Counted from the stretch's first letter, positions 49,288-59,047 are shown. The stretch is DNA of 64,000 nt from Candidatus Multivoradales bacterium (GCA_965223325.1 CBDCWI010000001.1:1856001-1920000), one strand, 5' to 3'. The notes: a model not told the origin generated them from the letters alone. A program made the numbers and translations.

Positions 49288-50142
49288 ATGAGCGCCAAGA
49301 TCGGTGACGTGACCGTAACCCCGATTGTCGAGATCGATTGGCCGGTCAAGCCCCACTGGATTCTTCCCGACGCCACGCCCGAGAACACGAAGCCCTATCT
49401 CGACTGGCTCGCACCCCACTACGTGACCGACGACGGCCTCCTGCGCCTGGTCGTGCAAGCCCTCTTGGTGGAGTCGCGTGGGCAGAAGATCATCGTCGAT
49501 ACATGCGTCGGCAACGACAAGGACCGCGACAACCCGGCCTGGAACCAACGCGACGGGCCCTTCCTGTCGCTGATTGAAGACGCCGGCTTTCCGCGCGAAG
49601 AAATCGACCTCGTCGTCTGCACCCACCTGCATGTCGACCATGTGGGCTGGAACACCATGAAGAGGAACGACGAGTGGGTACCGACGTTCCCCAACGCGCG
49701 TTACCTATGGGCGGGCGAAGAGTTCGACTATTGGAGCAAGACGAGAGATGAGATAGGCAGCCAGGTGTTTGGCGACTCCGTCGCTCCGATCTTCGAAGCC
49801 GGTCTCGCGCGCTCGGTCGCCAGCGATCACCAGATCACCCCCGAGCTCCGCTTCCTGTCGACCCCAGGACACACCCCCGGCCACTGCGCCGTTGCGATCT
49901 CGTCGCGGGGCGAGGAAGCGATCATCACCGGCGACCTCATGCATCACCCGAGCCAGTGCGCCCACCCCGAGTGGGGCTGCACGTTCGACCTGGATCCGAA
50001 GCGTGCCCAGGCGACCCGCCGCGACTTCCTCGAGCGCACCGCCGACCGCGACATCGCCGTCATCGGGACGCATTGGGGCGGCGACACCGCCGTTGCGGTG
50101 CGGCGCGAGGGAAACCGTTGCCGCGTCGGGAAGCGAAGCTGA
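49288..50142 (+). CDS. MBL-fold metallo-hydrolase (lactonase-like)
   Basis: THLHVDHVGWN, PGHTPGH, GDLMH, GTH. Confidence 0.93.
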   Translation: MSAKIGDVTVTPIVEIDWPVKPHWILPDATPENTKPYLDWLAPHYVTDDGLLRLVVQALLVESRGQKIIVDTCVGNDKDRDNPAWNQRDGPFLSLIEDAGFPREEIDLVVCTHLHVDHVGWNTMKRNDEWVPTFPNARYLWAGEEFDYWSKTRDEIGSQVFGDSVAPIFEAGLARSVASDHQITPELRFLSTPGHTPGHCAVAISSRGEEAIITGDLMHHPSQCAHPEWGCTFDLDPKRAQATRRDFLERTADRDIAVIGTHWGGDTAVAVRREGNRCRVGKRS

Positions 50143-50171
50143 AGCACAACACACGACCCTCGAAGGAGCAC

Positions 50172-50200
50172 TTGGAACAATAGATACATTGATATAGAAT
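50172..50200 (+). promoter_or_regulatory. Sigma70-type promoter with an internal palindrome
   Basis: TTGGAA-N17-TAGAAT in an AT-rich patch; the spacer holds CAAT-N6-ATTG. Confidence 0.6.
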
Positions 50201-50239
50201 GAAGTAATTCTGGCCTTTCTGGCCTTTCAGGGTTTCTCT

Positions 50240-51541
50240 ATGCCCTTCGATTCAGTGACTTCCTTCCCGCAGATCGGCTCCCAGGCCGTGCCGAGCCGTG
50301 CCGACGAAACGGCCCTTTCCAAGCGCCCAGGACTCGCCGTCACCGCGGTCGCACTCGGCGCGCTGGCGGTGAGCGCGTTTCTGGGCGCCACCATCAACCA
50401 CCTGGCAGTGACCTCCTTCTTCCTGATTGCCCAGCTCACCGTCGTCTCCATTGTCATCTGGCAGGCCTGTGACCCCTTCGCCGAGGCGGCGCAATGGCTC
50501 GGTCACCGCTTGCAGATTCCCGGCTCGGTGCGTGGCGCCACCCTCGACGCCATCGCCAGTTCACTCCCCGAGCTCTTTGCCGGCGTCTTCTTCGTCGTCG
50601 TTGCCTTCACCACCCTTGGTGGCGACCGCCAGGCCCTGGCCACGACGATGGGCAACGGCTACGCCGCGGCGCTTGCCACCTGCGCTGGAAGCGCGGTCTA
50701 CAACATGATCTTGATCCCAGCGTTCTGCGCCCTGGTCATCTCGTCGACCCGCAAGGAACAGCCAACGATCGAGGTGTCGTCGTCGGTCCTCGCACGAGAC
50801 GGAAGCTGGTTTCTCGGTTGTGAAGTGCTGCTGGTGTGGTTTCTCTTCCAGCCGGCACTGCATTGGTGGATGGCGGTAGCTCTGATCGGCCTGTACACCG
50901 GCTACGTTCTGGTCCTCCATCGCGAGACAACGAAGTATCGCGCCGCTCTCGCGGGCGGCGATCAGGAGGTCGCGGGCGAAGAAGCCGACGACATCCCCGG
51001 CGAAGCCACTCTGCCCTACGGCCTGGGCGCCGTCCCGTTGACCCTTGCCAGTGCTTGGCTGGTCATTCTTGTGTGCACGGCGGTGGCCGCCGCGGCGTGC
51101 TACTGGCTGGTCGAGATCACTCACGCCACGTCGTACGAGTTCGGTATTCCGGCCTTCTTCGTCGCCGTCATTCTCGCCGCCGCAGCTTCGTCGGTGCCCG
51201 ACACCTTCCTTTCGATCGGCGCCGCCCGTCGAGGCGACGATGACGGCGCAGTCGCCAACGCCTTCGGCTCGAACATCTTCGACATCTGCATCTGTCTGAG
51301 CGTTCCGCTGCTGCTCGCAATCGCTCTCAACGGCGGCCAGCCGATCCAACTGACCGAGAACGGCGAACCCCTGGCGGGTCTCCTCGGCATCCGCCTGATG
51401 CTGATCACCCTCACCGTGATCACCCTGGCCGTCATGTGGCACAAGCGCAACCTGACGCGCAACAACGCGCTCCTCTTGTGCGCGCTCTACGTTTCATTCG
51501 TCGCCTACGCAGTGGCCGGGTCACTTGGACTCGCCGTCTGA
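50240..51541 (+). CDS. Ca2+/cation antiporter (CaCA, Na+/Ca2+ exchanger family)
   Basis: Alpha-1 repeat GATLDAIASSLPE...GSAVYN; alpha-2 repeat AAASSVPD...GSNIFDI; about 11-12 TM. Confidence 0.92.
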   Translation: MPFDSVTSFPQIGSQAVPSRADETALSKRPGLAVTAVALGALAVSAFLGATINHLAVTSFFLIAQLTVVSIVIWQACDPFAEAAQWLGHRLQIPGSVRGATLDAIASSLPELFAGVFFVVVAFTTLGGDRQALATTMGNGYAAALATCAGSAVYNMILIPAFCALVISSTRKEQPTIEVSSSVLARDGSWFLGCEVLLVWFLFQPALHWWMAVALIGLYTGYVLVLHRETTKYRAALAGGDQEVAGEEADDIPGEATLPYGLGAVPLTLASAWLVILVCTAVAAAACYWLVEITHATSYEFGIPAFFVAVILAAAASSVPDTFLSIGAARRGDDDGAVANAFGSNIFDICICLSVPLLLAIALNGGQPIQLTENGEPLAGLLGIRLMLITLTVITLAVMWHKRNLTRNNALLLCALYVSFVAYAVAGSLGLAV

Positions 51542-51559
51542 ACGCCCAGGAGCTCCCTC

Positions 51560-53509
51560 ATGCCACGCGCCACTCTCTACCAACGGTTCAGGTACCGCTT
51601 CGACAACTTCATGTCGCGGGGCGGGCGCTCGATCTTCATGTCGCTGACCCTGGTCTTCGTGGTGCTGTTGACCGCGATTTCGATCGTGCGCGGTGTGACC
51701 TACCACGTGTCGCCGCCCGAGCAGTCGCAGAACGAGCGCCACTTCTTGCGCAACGTCTATGTGACCTTCCTCGAGATGACCGACCCGGGCAACATGAACC
51801 AGGACATCGAGTCGTCGCCGGTGGTGAAGATCTTCGCCGTGGCATCGGGGCTGGCCGGTCTGGTGATGCTGTCGTCGCTGATTGCCTTTATCACCACCAG
51901 TCTCGATCAGAAGATGTCAGAGCTGCGCAAGGGCCACTCCAAAGTTCTCGAAGAAGATCACACCCTCATCCTCGGTTGGAACGAGCGCGTGCCTGAGATC
52001 CTGCGGGAATTGGTGATGGCCAACGAAAGCGAGCCCGACGCCTGCGCCGTGATTCTCGCCGACCGCGACAAGGAGTGGATGGACGACTACCTGAAGCTCA
52101 ACCTGCCCGACCGCGCCACCACCCGCATTGTCACGCGCAGCGGCTCGCCGTCGAGCCTGGTCAACCTGGAACTGGTTTCGGTGGACGAGAGCCGGTCGGT
52201 GATCGTGCTTGCCGACTGCAATCAGGGTGCGTCCGACACTGACAAGCACGCCAGCGACACCCACGTCGTCAAGACCGTCCTGGCGCTTACTACGGCACGG
52301 CGGCCCGACGTTCGGCTCAGCATCGTCGCCGAAGTCTTCGAGAAGAGTCGCCGTGAAATCGTCAAGCGCATCTCTCCGGAGGAAGTCTCGGTCATCGATA
52401 CCGACGAAATCCTCGCCAAGATGTTGGTTCAAACCTCGCGCAGCGTCGGGCTGTCAGTCGTCTACGGCGAGATTCTCTCCTTTGACGGGTGCGAGATGTA
52501 CTTCCACCACGCAGATTGGGGACTCGTGACCTTTGGCGAGATCGCCTTCCGTTGGCCGGACGGAATCCCCATGGGTCTTCGACATGCAGACGGTTCGCTG
52601 TCCCTCAACCCCGACCCTACCTGCGAGGTCTTGCCGGACGACGATGTGCTCATCCTCGCCGAAGACGACTCGACCGTCGAATACCTCGACGATCCCATCT
52701 TCGAGCCGCTGCGGCTTCCACTGAACGGCGCGCGGCGCACTCGCAGGGCCGAACGAACGCTGATTCTCGGCTGGACATCGAAAGTACGACAGGTGATCGA
52801 AGAGTTCGCCGACTACGTTCTCGAGGGCAGCCAGATCGACTTGATGCTTCGCCGTCCGGCGCCGGAGGTGCGCTTCGAAGTGCGCTCGCTGGCCAACCAG
52901 TTCGACCACCTCGAAGTGAACCTGCTCGATGGCGATCCGCTGACGACCGACGGGTTGCTCGCGGTGGAGCCGTTTCGCTACGAGAACATCATCATCCTCA
53001 GTCAGGGAGGCGACGACCAGAACCGCACCGATTCGGAAACGATCGTCATTCTGTTGCTGCTGCGCGCGATCTTCGAGGAACAGCCGAACAGGAACATCGA
53101 GACCCGGCTGATCACCGAGATTCTCGACTCCGAGAATCAGTTGCTGGTTCACGACACCGGGGTCAAGGACTTCATCATCTCGAACCGCCTGGTCAGCATG
53201 ATCCTGGCGCAGCTCAGCGAGGACGACGGAATCGGCGCTGTGTACGACGACCTGTTCGAAGAAGAGGGATCGGAGATCTACCTCAAGCCAGTGGAGTTGT
53301 ACTTCAGCGAACTGCCCACCGAGGTCACCTACGCCGACATGATTGCGATCGCCCAGAAGCGCAACGAAGTCTGTCTAGGGGTGAAGATCGGTGCACTCGA
53401 GACTGATCGAGACAACAACTTCGGGATCAAGCTGATCCCCGAGAAGCACCGCACCTATGACCTGTCCCTCGGAGACTGTCTGGTTGTCCTGGCCGAAGAC
53501 GAAACCTGA
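51560..53509 (+). CDS. CASTOR/POLLUX-related ion channel with tandem RCK domains
   Basis: RYRFDNFMSRG, two TMs around the pore-like TDPGNM, LRKGHSKVLEEDHTLILGW, TRSGSP, LSFDGCEMYF, EEGSEIYLKP. Confidence 0.9.
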   Translation: MPRATLYQRFRYRFDNFMSRGGRSIFMSLTLVFVVLLTAISIVRGVTYHVSPPEQSQNERHFLRNVYVTFLEMTDPGNMNQDIESSPVVKIFAVASGLAGLVMLSSLIAFITTSLDQKMSELRKGHSKVLEEDHTLILGWNERVPEILRELVMANESEPDACAVILADRDKEWMDDYLKLNLPDRATTRIVTRSGSPSSLVNLELVSVDESRSVIVLADCNQGASDTDKHASDTHVVKTVLALTTARRPDVRLSIVAEVFEKSRREIVKRISPEEVSVIDTDEILAKMLVQTSRSVGLSVVYGEILSFDGCEMYFHHADWGLVTFGEIAFRWPDGIPMGLRHADGSLSLNPDPTCEVLPDDDVLILAEDDSTVEYLDDPIFEPLRLPLNGARRTRRAERTLILGWTSKVRQVIEEFADYVLEGSQIDLMLRRPAPEVRFEVRSLANQFDHLEVNLLDGDPLTTDGLLAVEPFRYENIIILSQGGDDQNRTDSETIVILLLLRAIFEEQPNRNIETRLITEILDSENQLLVHDTGVKDFIISNRLVSMILAQLSEDDGIGAVYDDLFEEEGSEIYLKPVELYFSELPTEVTYADMIAIAQKRNEVCLGVKIGALETDRDNNFGIKLIPEKHRTYDLSLGDCLVVLAEDET

Positions 53510-53570
53510 GCACTTCAAGTGCTGTGCGGGCGCGTCCCCGCTTGACCGAACGGGCTATGCTCAGACGTGA

Positions 53571-54056
53571 GTGAGCAAGAAGAAGCAGCCCCTGTCGGTT
53601 GGTTGGCGCGAAGTCGTCGCAATCCCTGAGTGGGGCGTCGGTGGCCTGATCGCAAAGATCGACACCGGCGCTCGCACGAGCGCGATTCATGTTGAGTCGC
53701 TGGTCGAGCGAGCGGATGGCGGCCTCGAGTTCGTCGTGCCAACGCCGACCGGAAGGAAAACGGTTCTCGCCGAGCCCGCTCGGATCTCTCGGGTCAAACC
53801 CTCGACCGGAGAGATCCAGGAACGATGGGTCGTCGAAACAACCATCGAGATCGGCCCGATGACTCATACGGTCGAGATCAGCCTGTCATCGCGGGCGAAG
53901 ATGCTCACTCCGATGCTGATTGGGCGACGTGGCCTGAAGCGCGGCGTCGTCGTCAACCCTCATCGACGCTACCTTCACGGCAAGCCACCGAGGGCCAAGC
54001 CAGCTGGCTCCAAGAAGAAAAGGAAAAAGAAGAAAGCAACCGAGAGAAGCAAGTGA
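53571..54056 (+). CDS. RimK-associated retropepsin-like protease (RimB / 'ATP-dependent zinc protease' family)
   Basis: VGWREVV, AKIDTGARTSAIH, MLIGR; Lys-rich tail. Confidence 0.9.
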   Translation: MSKKKQPLSVGWREVVAIPEWGVGGLIAKIDTGARTSAIHVESLVERADGGLEFVVPTPTGRKTVLAEPARISRVKPSTGEIQERWVVETTIEIGPMTHTVEISLSSRAKMLTPMLIGRRGLKRGVVVNPHRRYLHGKPPRAKPAGSKKKRKKKKATERSK

Positions 54057-55240
54057 GAATCGGAATTCTGTCGCGTAACGCGCGCCTCTATTCGACGCGA
54101 CGCCTGGTCGAGGCCGGACGGGCCCGGGGCCATCGCATGCGCGTCCTCGACACCTTCGACTTTGCAGTTTCGATGGAGGAGGGCTTCCCAGACCTCTACT
54201 ACCGAGGTAAGCCACTGCCTGCGGTCGATGCGGTGATCCCGAGAATCGGTGCTTCGATCACCTACTTCGGCACCGCGGTCGTTCGCCAGTTCGAACAAAT
54301 GGAGGTTTTCTGCGCCAACAGCGCGCTCGGGATCGCCAACTCGCGCGACAAGCTGCGCTCCTTGCAGATGCTCTCGAAGTTCGACATCGGTATCCCGCCC
54401 ACCGAGTTCGTATCGCGGCGCAAGGACGTCCTGCCGGCGATTCGTCGACTCGGCGGCGCGCCGGTGATCATCAAGCTCCTCGAGGGAACGCAGGGCGTCG
54501 GCGTCATCCTGGCGGACTCGGAGAAGGTCGCTCAGGCAATCGTGGAGACGCTGCAAAGCACTCGCCAGGATGTCCTGCTTCAGAAGTTCATCGCCGAGAG
54601 TCGAGGCACAGACGTCCGGGCGTTCGTCGTCGGCGACCGCGTGGTGGCGGCGATGCGTCGTCGCGCGCAGGGCACAGAGTTCCGCAGCAACGTCCATCGC
54701 GGCGGCAAGGCCGAGGCAATCGACCTGCCAGAGAAGTACGAGGAAACCGCCATTCGAGCTGCCCAGGTCCTCGGGCTGCGCGTGGCCGGTGTGGACATGC
54801 TGCAGGCCGCCGACGGGCCGCAGGTCGCGGAGGTCAACTCCTCACCGGGCCTGGAGGGCATCGAGAAGGCAACTCGCATCGACGTTGCCGACGCCATCAT
54901 CCAGTACATGGAAGACCGCATCAAGTTCCCAGAACTCGACATTCGGCAGCGATTGACCGTCAGTCGGGGTTGGGGTGTCGCCGAGCTGCCGATTGGCAAG
55001 AACACCGCCTTTGCCGGCAAGAGGCTCGGCGAGTGCGGCTTCGAGGAGGCCGACATCCTGGTTCTCAGCCTCAACCGTGATGGCCGAGTCGTCAACAACC
55101 CTTCGGGGAGGCGCGAGCTCAAAGCCGGCGATCGCCTGCTGTGTTTCGGCAAGCTCGAAGAACTCAAGTCGCTCATCCCCGACCGTCGGAAACGCCGGCG
55201 ACGCAAACCGAAACGCCTGAGGAAGTCAGGCGGTGGCTGA
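54053..55240 (+). CDS. rimK: RimK family alpha-L-glutamate ligase fused to a C-terminal TrkA-C (RCK_C) domain
   Basis: GTGA overlap start; LYSTRRL, DAVIPRIGAS, RDKLRSLQ, EGTQG.GV, FRSNVHRGG, EVNSSPGLEGIE; then AGKRLGE...ILVLSLNRDG...NPSGRRELKAGDRLLCFG. Confidence 0.93.
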   Translation: MRIGILSRNARLYSTRRLVEAGRARGHRMRVLDTFDFAVSMEEGFPDLYYRGKPLPAVDAVIPRIGASITYFGTAVVRQFEQMEVFCANSALGIANSRDKLRSLQMLSKFDIGIPPTEFVSRRKDVLPAIRRLGGAPVIIKLLEGTQGVGVILADSEKVAQAIVETLQSTRQDVLLQKFIAESRGTDVRAFVVGDRVVAAMRRRAQGTEFRSNVHRGGKAEAIDLPEKYEETAIRAAQVLGLRVAGVDMLQAADGPQVAEVNSSPGLEGIEKATRIDVADAIIQYMEDRIKFPELDIRQRLTVSRGWGVAELPIGKNTAFAGKRLGECGFEEADILVLSLNRDGRVVNNPSGRRELKAGDRLLCFGKLEELKSLIPDRRKRRRRKPKRLRKSGGG

Positions 55241-56312
55241 GCGCCCCCTATGCCCGGGCCCTCTTTGCGTTCCGGCCGGTGAGCGCTCGGACCTCGCCCT
55301 GGTCGTTTCTGAGCGCTTCAGCGGGTCGCCGGTCGAAATCCCGCTGCACGTCTGGCGCGCCGAGAAGGAAGGCCCGACGGTCCTCGTTTGCGCGGCGGTG
55401 CACGGCGATGAGATCAACGGCACGGGCGTCGTCAAGAGCCTGATCACCGAACCACCCTTCGCCCTCGAAGCAGGGAACTTGATCCTGGTTCCGGTGATCA
55501 ACGTGCCGGGCTTCGAACGCCGCTCGCGATACCTGCCCGACCGGCGGGATCTCAATCGCTCCTTCCCGGGAACCGTCGGCGGCAGTTTGTCGTCGCGCTT
55601 CGCTCACCGCATCTTCAACGAGCTGGTCGCCGTTGCGGACTACTGCCTCGACTTTCACACCGCAGCCGTTCAGCGAACGAACTACCCCAACGTTCGCGGC
55701 CAGGTCGACAACCCCGAGGTGGCCAGGATTGCGCGCGCCTTCGGTACCGAGCTGATCGTCGCCGGCGCCGGCCCGCGGGGCTCACTGCGCCGGGTGGCAA
55801 CCGAGAACGGGTGCCCAGGAATCATCCTCGAGGCCGGCGAGGTCTGGAAGATGGAACCCTCGGTCGTCGAGACCGGTCGGCAGGGAGTGCGTAATGTTCT
55901 GATCGAGCTCGACATGGTGAAGGGTCGGGCGATCCGACCTCCCTACCAAGCGGTCGTCGACCGGACAACCTGGGTGCGCGCCGACCGTGGCGGCCTGCTC
56001 GAGTTCCATATCGCACCGGGGGAAGTCGTTGAAACCGAACAACCGTTGGCCACGACGACCGACCTCCTCGGTCGCCGGCTCAGCACGCTCTTGAGCCCGC
56101 AGGCCGGGGTCGTACTCGGTATGACGACGCTGCCAAGCGTCGTGCCGGGCAACCCTGTCTGTCACATCGCCGTACCGAGTGAAGGGATCGGCCCGATTCG
56201 AGCCGCCCTTCTGGAGAGCCAGGACGGAAGCCGCGGCACCGACGAAGATCTGCGCGACAAAGTGCGCGACGACCTCGCCACGAGTGTCACCATTTCGGAG
56301 CCGGAGCCTTAA
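55233..56312 (+). CDS. Succinylglutamate desuccinylase / aspartoacylase (M14-like) family
   Basis: AAVHGDEING, RDLNRSFPG, DFHT, EAGE; biotinyl-like C-terminal domain. Confidence 0.92.
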   Translation: MAERPLCPGPLCVPAGERSDLALVVSERFSGSPVEIPLHVWRAEKEGPTVLVCAAVHGDEINGTGVVKSLITEPPFALEAGNLILVPVINVPGFERRSRYLPDRRDLNRSFPGTVGGSLSSRFAHRIFNELVAVADYCLDFHTAAVQRTNYPNVRGQVDNPEVARIARAFGTELIVAGAGPRGSLRRVATENGCPGIILEAGEVWKMEPSVVETGRQGVRNVLIELDMVKGRAIRPPYQAVVDRTTWVRADRGGLLEFHIAPGEVVETEQPLATTTDLLGRRLSTLLSPQAGVVLGMTTLPSVVPGNPVCHIAVPSEGIGPIRAALLESQDGSRGTDEDLRDKVRDDLATSVTISEPEP

Positions 56313-56316
56313 GGCT

Positions 56317-57054
56317 TTGTCGAAGCCGCTTCCCAACGTTCTCGTCCACATCCTCGTCCTGGCACTACTTGCGCTGGCACTGTTCGCGCAGGCACCTGCT
56401 GACGCAGAGCTGCAAGAAGTAAGCAGGCCGACCACCACAACGCCGCTGACCTCGGTCTTCGCCGTCATGACGCACAAGGCGGGCTTCGCGTCATCACGCG
56501 CCCACAACCACATCATCGTCGCCTCCGACCTCAGCCTGGCGCTCGACTTCGATGCAGCGTACCCCTTAGAGACTTCGATCCGTATGAAGGGGCGGGTCGA
56601 GAACCTTCTAGTCGACGAGCCGAAGATCCAGCAACAGCTCGGAAGACGCATGGTCGAGCTCGGCGTGTTCTCCGAGGTTCCCACCGTGATTGACCGTAAG
56701 AGCCGCAAGAAGATCGCTCAATCGATGTTGGGTCCCAAACAGCTCGAGGCAGAACTGTTCCCCCATCTCGAAGCTCACCTCCGATCGCTTGAGCCTGCCG
56801 AGAAGGCAATCGCTCACGGTGGCGTTCGCTTCGGCTACCACGCAACCGTCGCACTCGAGGTCCACGGCAGAACCCGAGAGAGCATCTTCGACGCACGCCT
56901 CGAAAGACACGGCGAACGGGTCGTGCTCGAGGCCATCGGTACGTTCGAGTTCACCGACTTCGCCGTTGAACCGTTCTCCGCGTTCTTCGGCGCGGTCAAG
57001 AACGAGAACACCTTCCACGCCTACGCCCGCCTCGAAGTCGCAGCGCCGCCCTGA
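56317..57054 (+). CDS. YceI-like secreted protein
   Basis: Signal peptide; K.G..S..AHNH, MLGPKQLEAELFP, LEVHG, TDFAVEPFSAFFGAVK; the TTG start is uncertain. Confidence 0.75.
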   Translation: MSKPLPNVLVHILVLALLALALFAQAPADAELQEVSRPTTTTPLTSVFAVMTHKAGFASSRAHNHIIVASDLSLALDFDAAYPLETSIRMKGRVENLLVDEPKIQQQLGRRMVELGVFSEVPTVIDRKSRKKIAQSMLGPKQLEAELFPHLEAHLRSLEPAEKAIAHGGVRFGYHATVALEVHGRTRESIFDARLERHGERVVLEAIGTFEFTDFAVEPFSAFFGAVKNENTFHAYARLEVAAPP

Positions 57055-57078
57055 TGCCAGGAGAGGTCGGTCGTCGGG

Positions 57079-57621
57079 TCAGGTCCTACGCAGCCAGCGG
57101 ATCGTCCCGGCGATCGCCACGATGAGGCCGAGTGGCTCTAGCAACCAGGTTGCCTCATAGTCAGCGACCACCAGCCTCGTCGTGCGGACATCGAAAGAGG
57201 CAGCGCGCATCAAGACGAAGACCAGAACGAGCATCATGCCGACGGTCGCCGGCAGGGTCTCCTTGAGATGGTTGCGCCCGGCCCACAGCACCCAGAGCGC
57301 GAAGCCGAGAGTCGCAACCACCACCATGGCAAGAAACGCCACCTGGATCACCGCCCGTTCCTGGTACCAGCCCTGGGCCTGCGACATCTCTCGGCCGAGG
57401 CGAGTGAGGGCGAGCTGCAAATCGAGCTGCTTGTTGAGACCCAGGAGCACCGTGACCACCGCAAAGGACGCCCAGACGGGCGCCGGCGAAACACCACTCT
57501 GGGAACGCGCGCGGAGAAAGGCTGTTCCGAAAGCCGAGGCGGCAACGAGATAGGCGACGGTCACCATCCACGGGACCAGCCCAGGATCACCGGAATGCTC
57601 GAGATATCGGAGTTGGTTCAA
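57079..57621 (-). CDS. Hypothetical 5-TM membrane protein
   Basis: LGLNKQLDLQ..LT..GR...GWY..R..Q, FV.MRAASF, LE..G. Confidence 0.75.
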   Translation of the reverse strand: MNQLRYLEHSGDPGLVPWMVTVAYLVAASAFGTAFLRARSQSGVSPAPVWASFAVVTVLLGLNKQLDLQLALTRLGREMSQAQGWYQERAVIQVAFLAMVVVATLGFALWVLWAGRNHLKETLPATVGMMLVLVFVLMRAASFDVRTTRLVVADYEATWLLEPLGLIVAIAGTIRWLRRT

Positions 57622-57922
57622 TGGTCAACGCACGGGAAGCGATCGCGAAAGGACACAGATCCCCTCCGACCCTAGCAACGTCCGCCTGGCCAGTCAGAGG
57701 CGGAATTTCCGACCTGGTCACACCGTTACATGAACGATTGAGGCGCCGGCCCCAGAGTCACCGCGACCACAGAGCTGGAGCGACAGAGGGGCGCCATGAC
57801 GGCCTTTTCCACCCTCGAGACATGCCGAAACGGCGCTCCATCAGCTCGGGTGGTTCTTTTGCCATCCATCCCAAACGACTGGTTTTGTTGAACTATGAAC
57901 GATCGGGTAGCCGTCAGAAGAC

Positions 57923-57939
57923 CTGGCACGGTCATCGCT
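57923..57939 (+). promoter_or_regulatory. Sigma54-type promoter upstream of the 58104 gene
   Basis: CTGGCACG-GTCA-TCGCT (GG-N10-GC). Confidence 0.55.
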
Positions 57940-58103
57940 TTGAAGCTACTCAATCAGTTCCAGGACTCGAGGCCTCTCGGCCCAGCGGCGTTGGCCTCCC
58001 GCCCGAATGATCGTGAGGGTATCGCCAGCCTGTCTTTTGTGAGATCTGCCTTCCAATCACCCATCGCCATAGACGCACCAATCTCTGCACAAGCAAGGCC
58101 CCT

Positions 58104-59045
58104 ATGAGCATTCGACGCATCACCCAGACACTTCTCACCGTCGTGGCGCTGGCCGCGGTCGCCTGGTTCGCTCCCGAATCGAGCGACACCCTGGCGGCGC
58201 CGATGATGGGCTTTATCCCAGTTGTGGGTGATCTCAGTCGTCGGCTGCGGCGCGCCTACCGCGCCCTCGAAAAGCGAGACACCCGCGGTGCGGTCGGCGA
58301 GCTGCGCTATGCCGTGACCTGGCTGCGCGACCGGCGCCACAAGTCGGCCGACCCGGAGAGTGCGATGGCGGTTGCGACGGCGGCCGAGCGTCTCACTGAG
58401 CTCTGCACGCTGCTCGAGCGCGGTGGTCGCGTGCAACCCCAGGACCTCCTTGGTGCGATGGAAGCCGCCCACGAAGCAGAAGTCGACGAACTCTGGCCGG
58501 GCGTCCCCTCGTCGGTTTGGTTTCCCCTCTCCGATCGCCCGAACGAGCATTTTCGGCTCGCACATTCCCACCTGATCGGTGGCCAGACCAATCGCGCCGC
58601 CGCCGAACTGCGCAAAGCCGCGGCGCTCGTCAGGCTCGAGGCGTCACGCGCTCGCCCCAGCGAACGCGACGACCTTCTCGACTGCACTGAGCAGCTGCGC
58701 GCCATGGCGTCGAGCATCCGGCGCGCCGACCCAGCCGAGAGCAACCGCATGCGAGCCCTCTTCGGCAAGACCCATCGCGCCCTCGCCCGCCACTGGATCG
58801 GCGACATCAACCCCGCCTTGGTCGACGACTGCCTGGACGAGGCGCGTTGCTCGCTCCTGGCCGCCTGCCGTTCGATGCAGTGGGGGTTCCGCTGGTTGTC
58901 GCGCGAGGTTCCGCGTTCGGTCGACAGCGCCATCGGCGAAGCATCCGACTGGGCCCGAGAGCTCGAGCGCAAAGAAGCCGAGAGCGAAAAGAAGCCCGAC
59001 ATCGTGCGCGGTCTGCGCCGTGGTCTCCGCTCGCTAGCCGCTTGA
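58104..59045 (+). CDS. Secreted all-helical hypothetical protein with an internal duplication (YfdX-like)
   Basis: Signal peptide; two similar helical units (A..ELR.A...R ... E.L..). Confidence 0.65.
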   Translation: MSIRRITQTLLTVVALAAVAWFAPESSDTLAAPMMGFIPVVGDLSRRLRRAYRALEKRDTRGAVGELRYAVTWLRDRRHKSADPESAMAVATAAERLTELCTLLERGGRVQPQDLLGAMEAAHEAEVDELWPGVPSSVWFPLSDRPNEHFRLAHSHLIGGQTNRAAAELRKAAALVRLEASRARPSERDDLLDCTEQLRAMASSIRRADPAESNRMRALFGKTHRALARHWIGDINPALVDDCLDEARCSLLAACRSMQWGFRWLSREVPRSVDSAIGEASDWARELERKEAESEKKPDIVRGLRRGLRSLAA

Positions 59046-59047
59046 AC

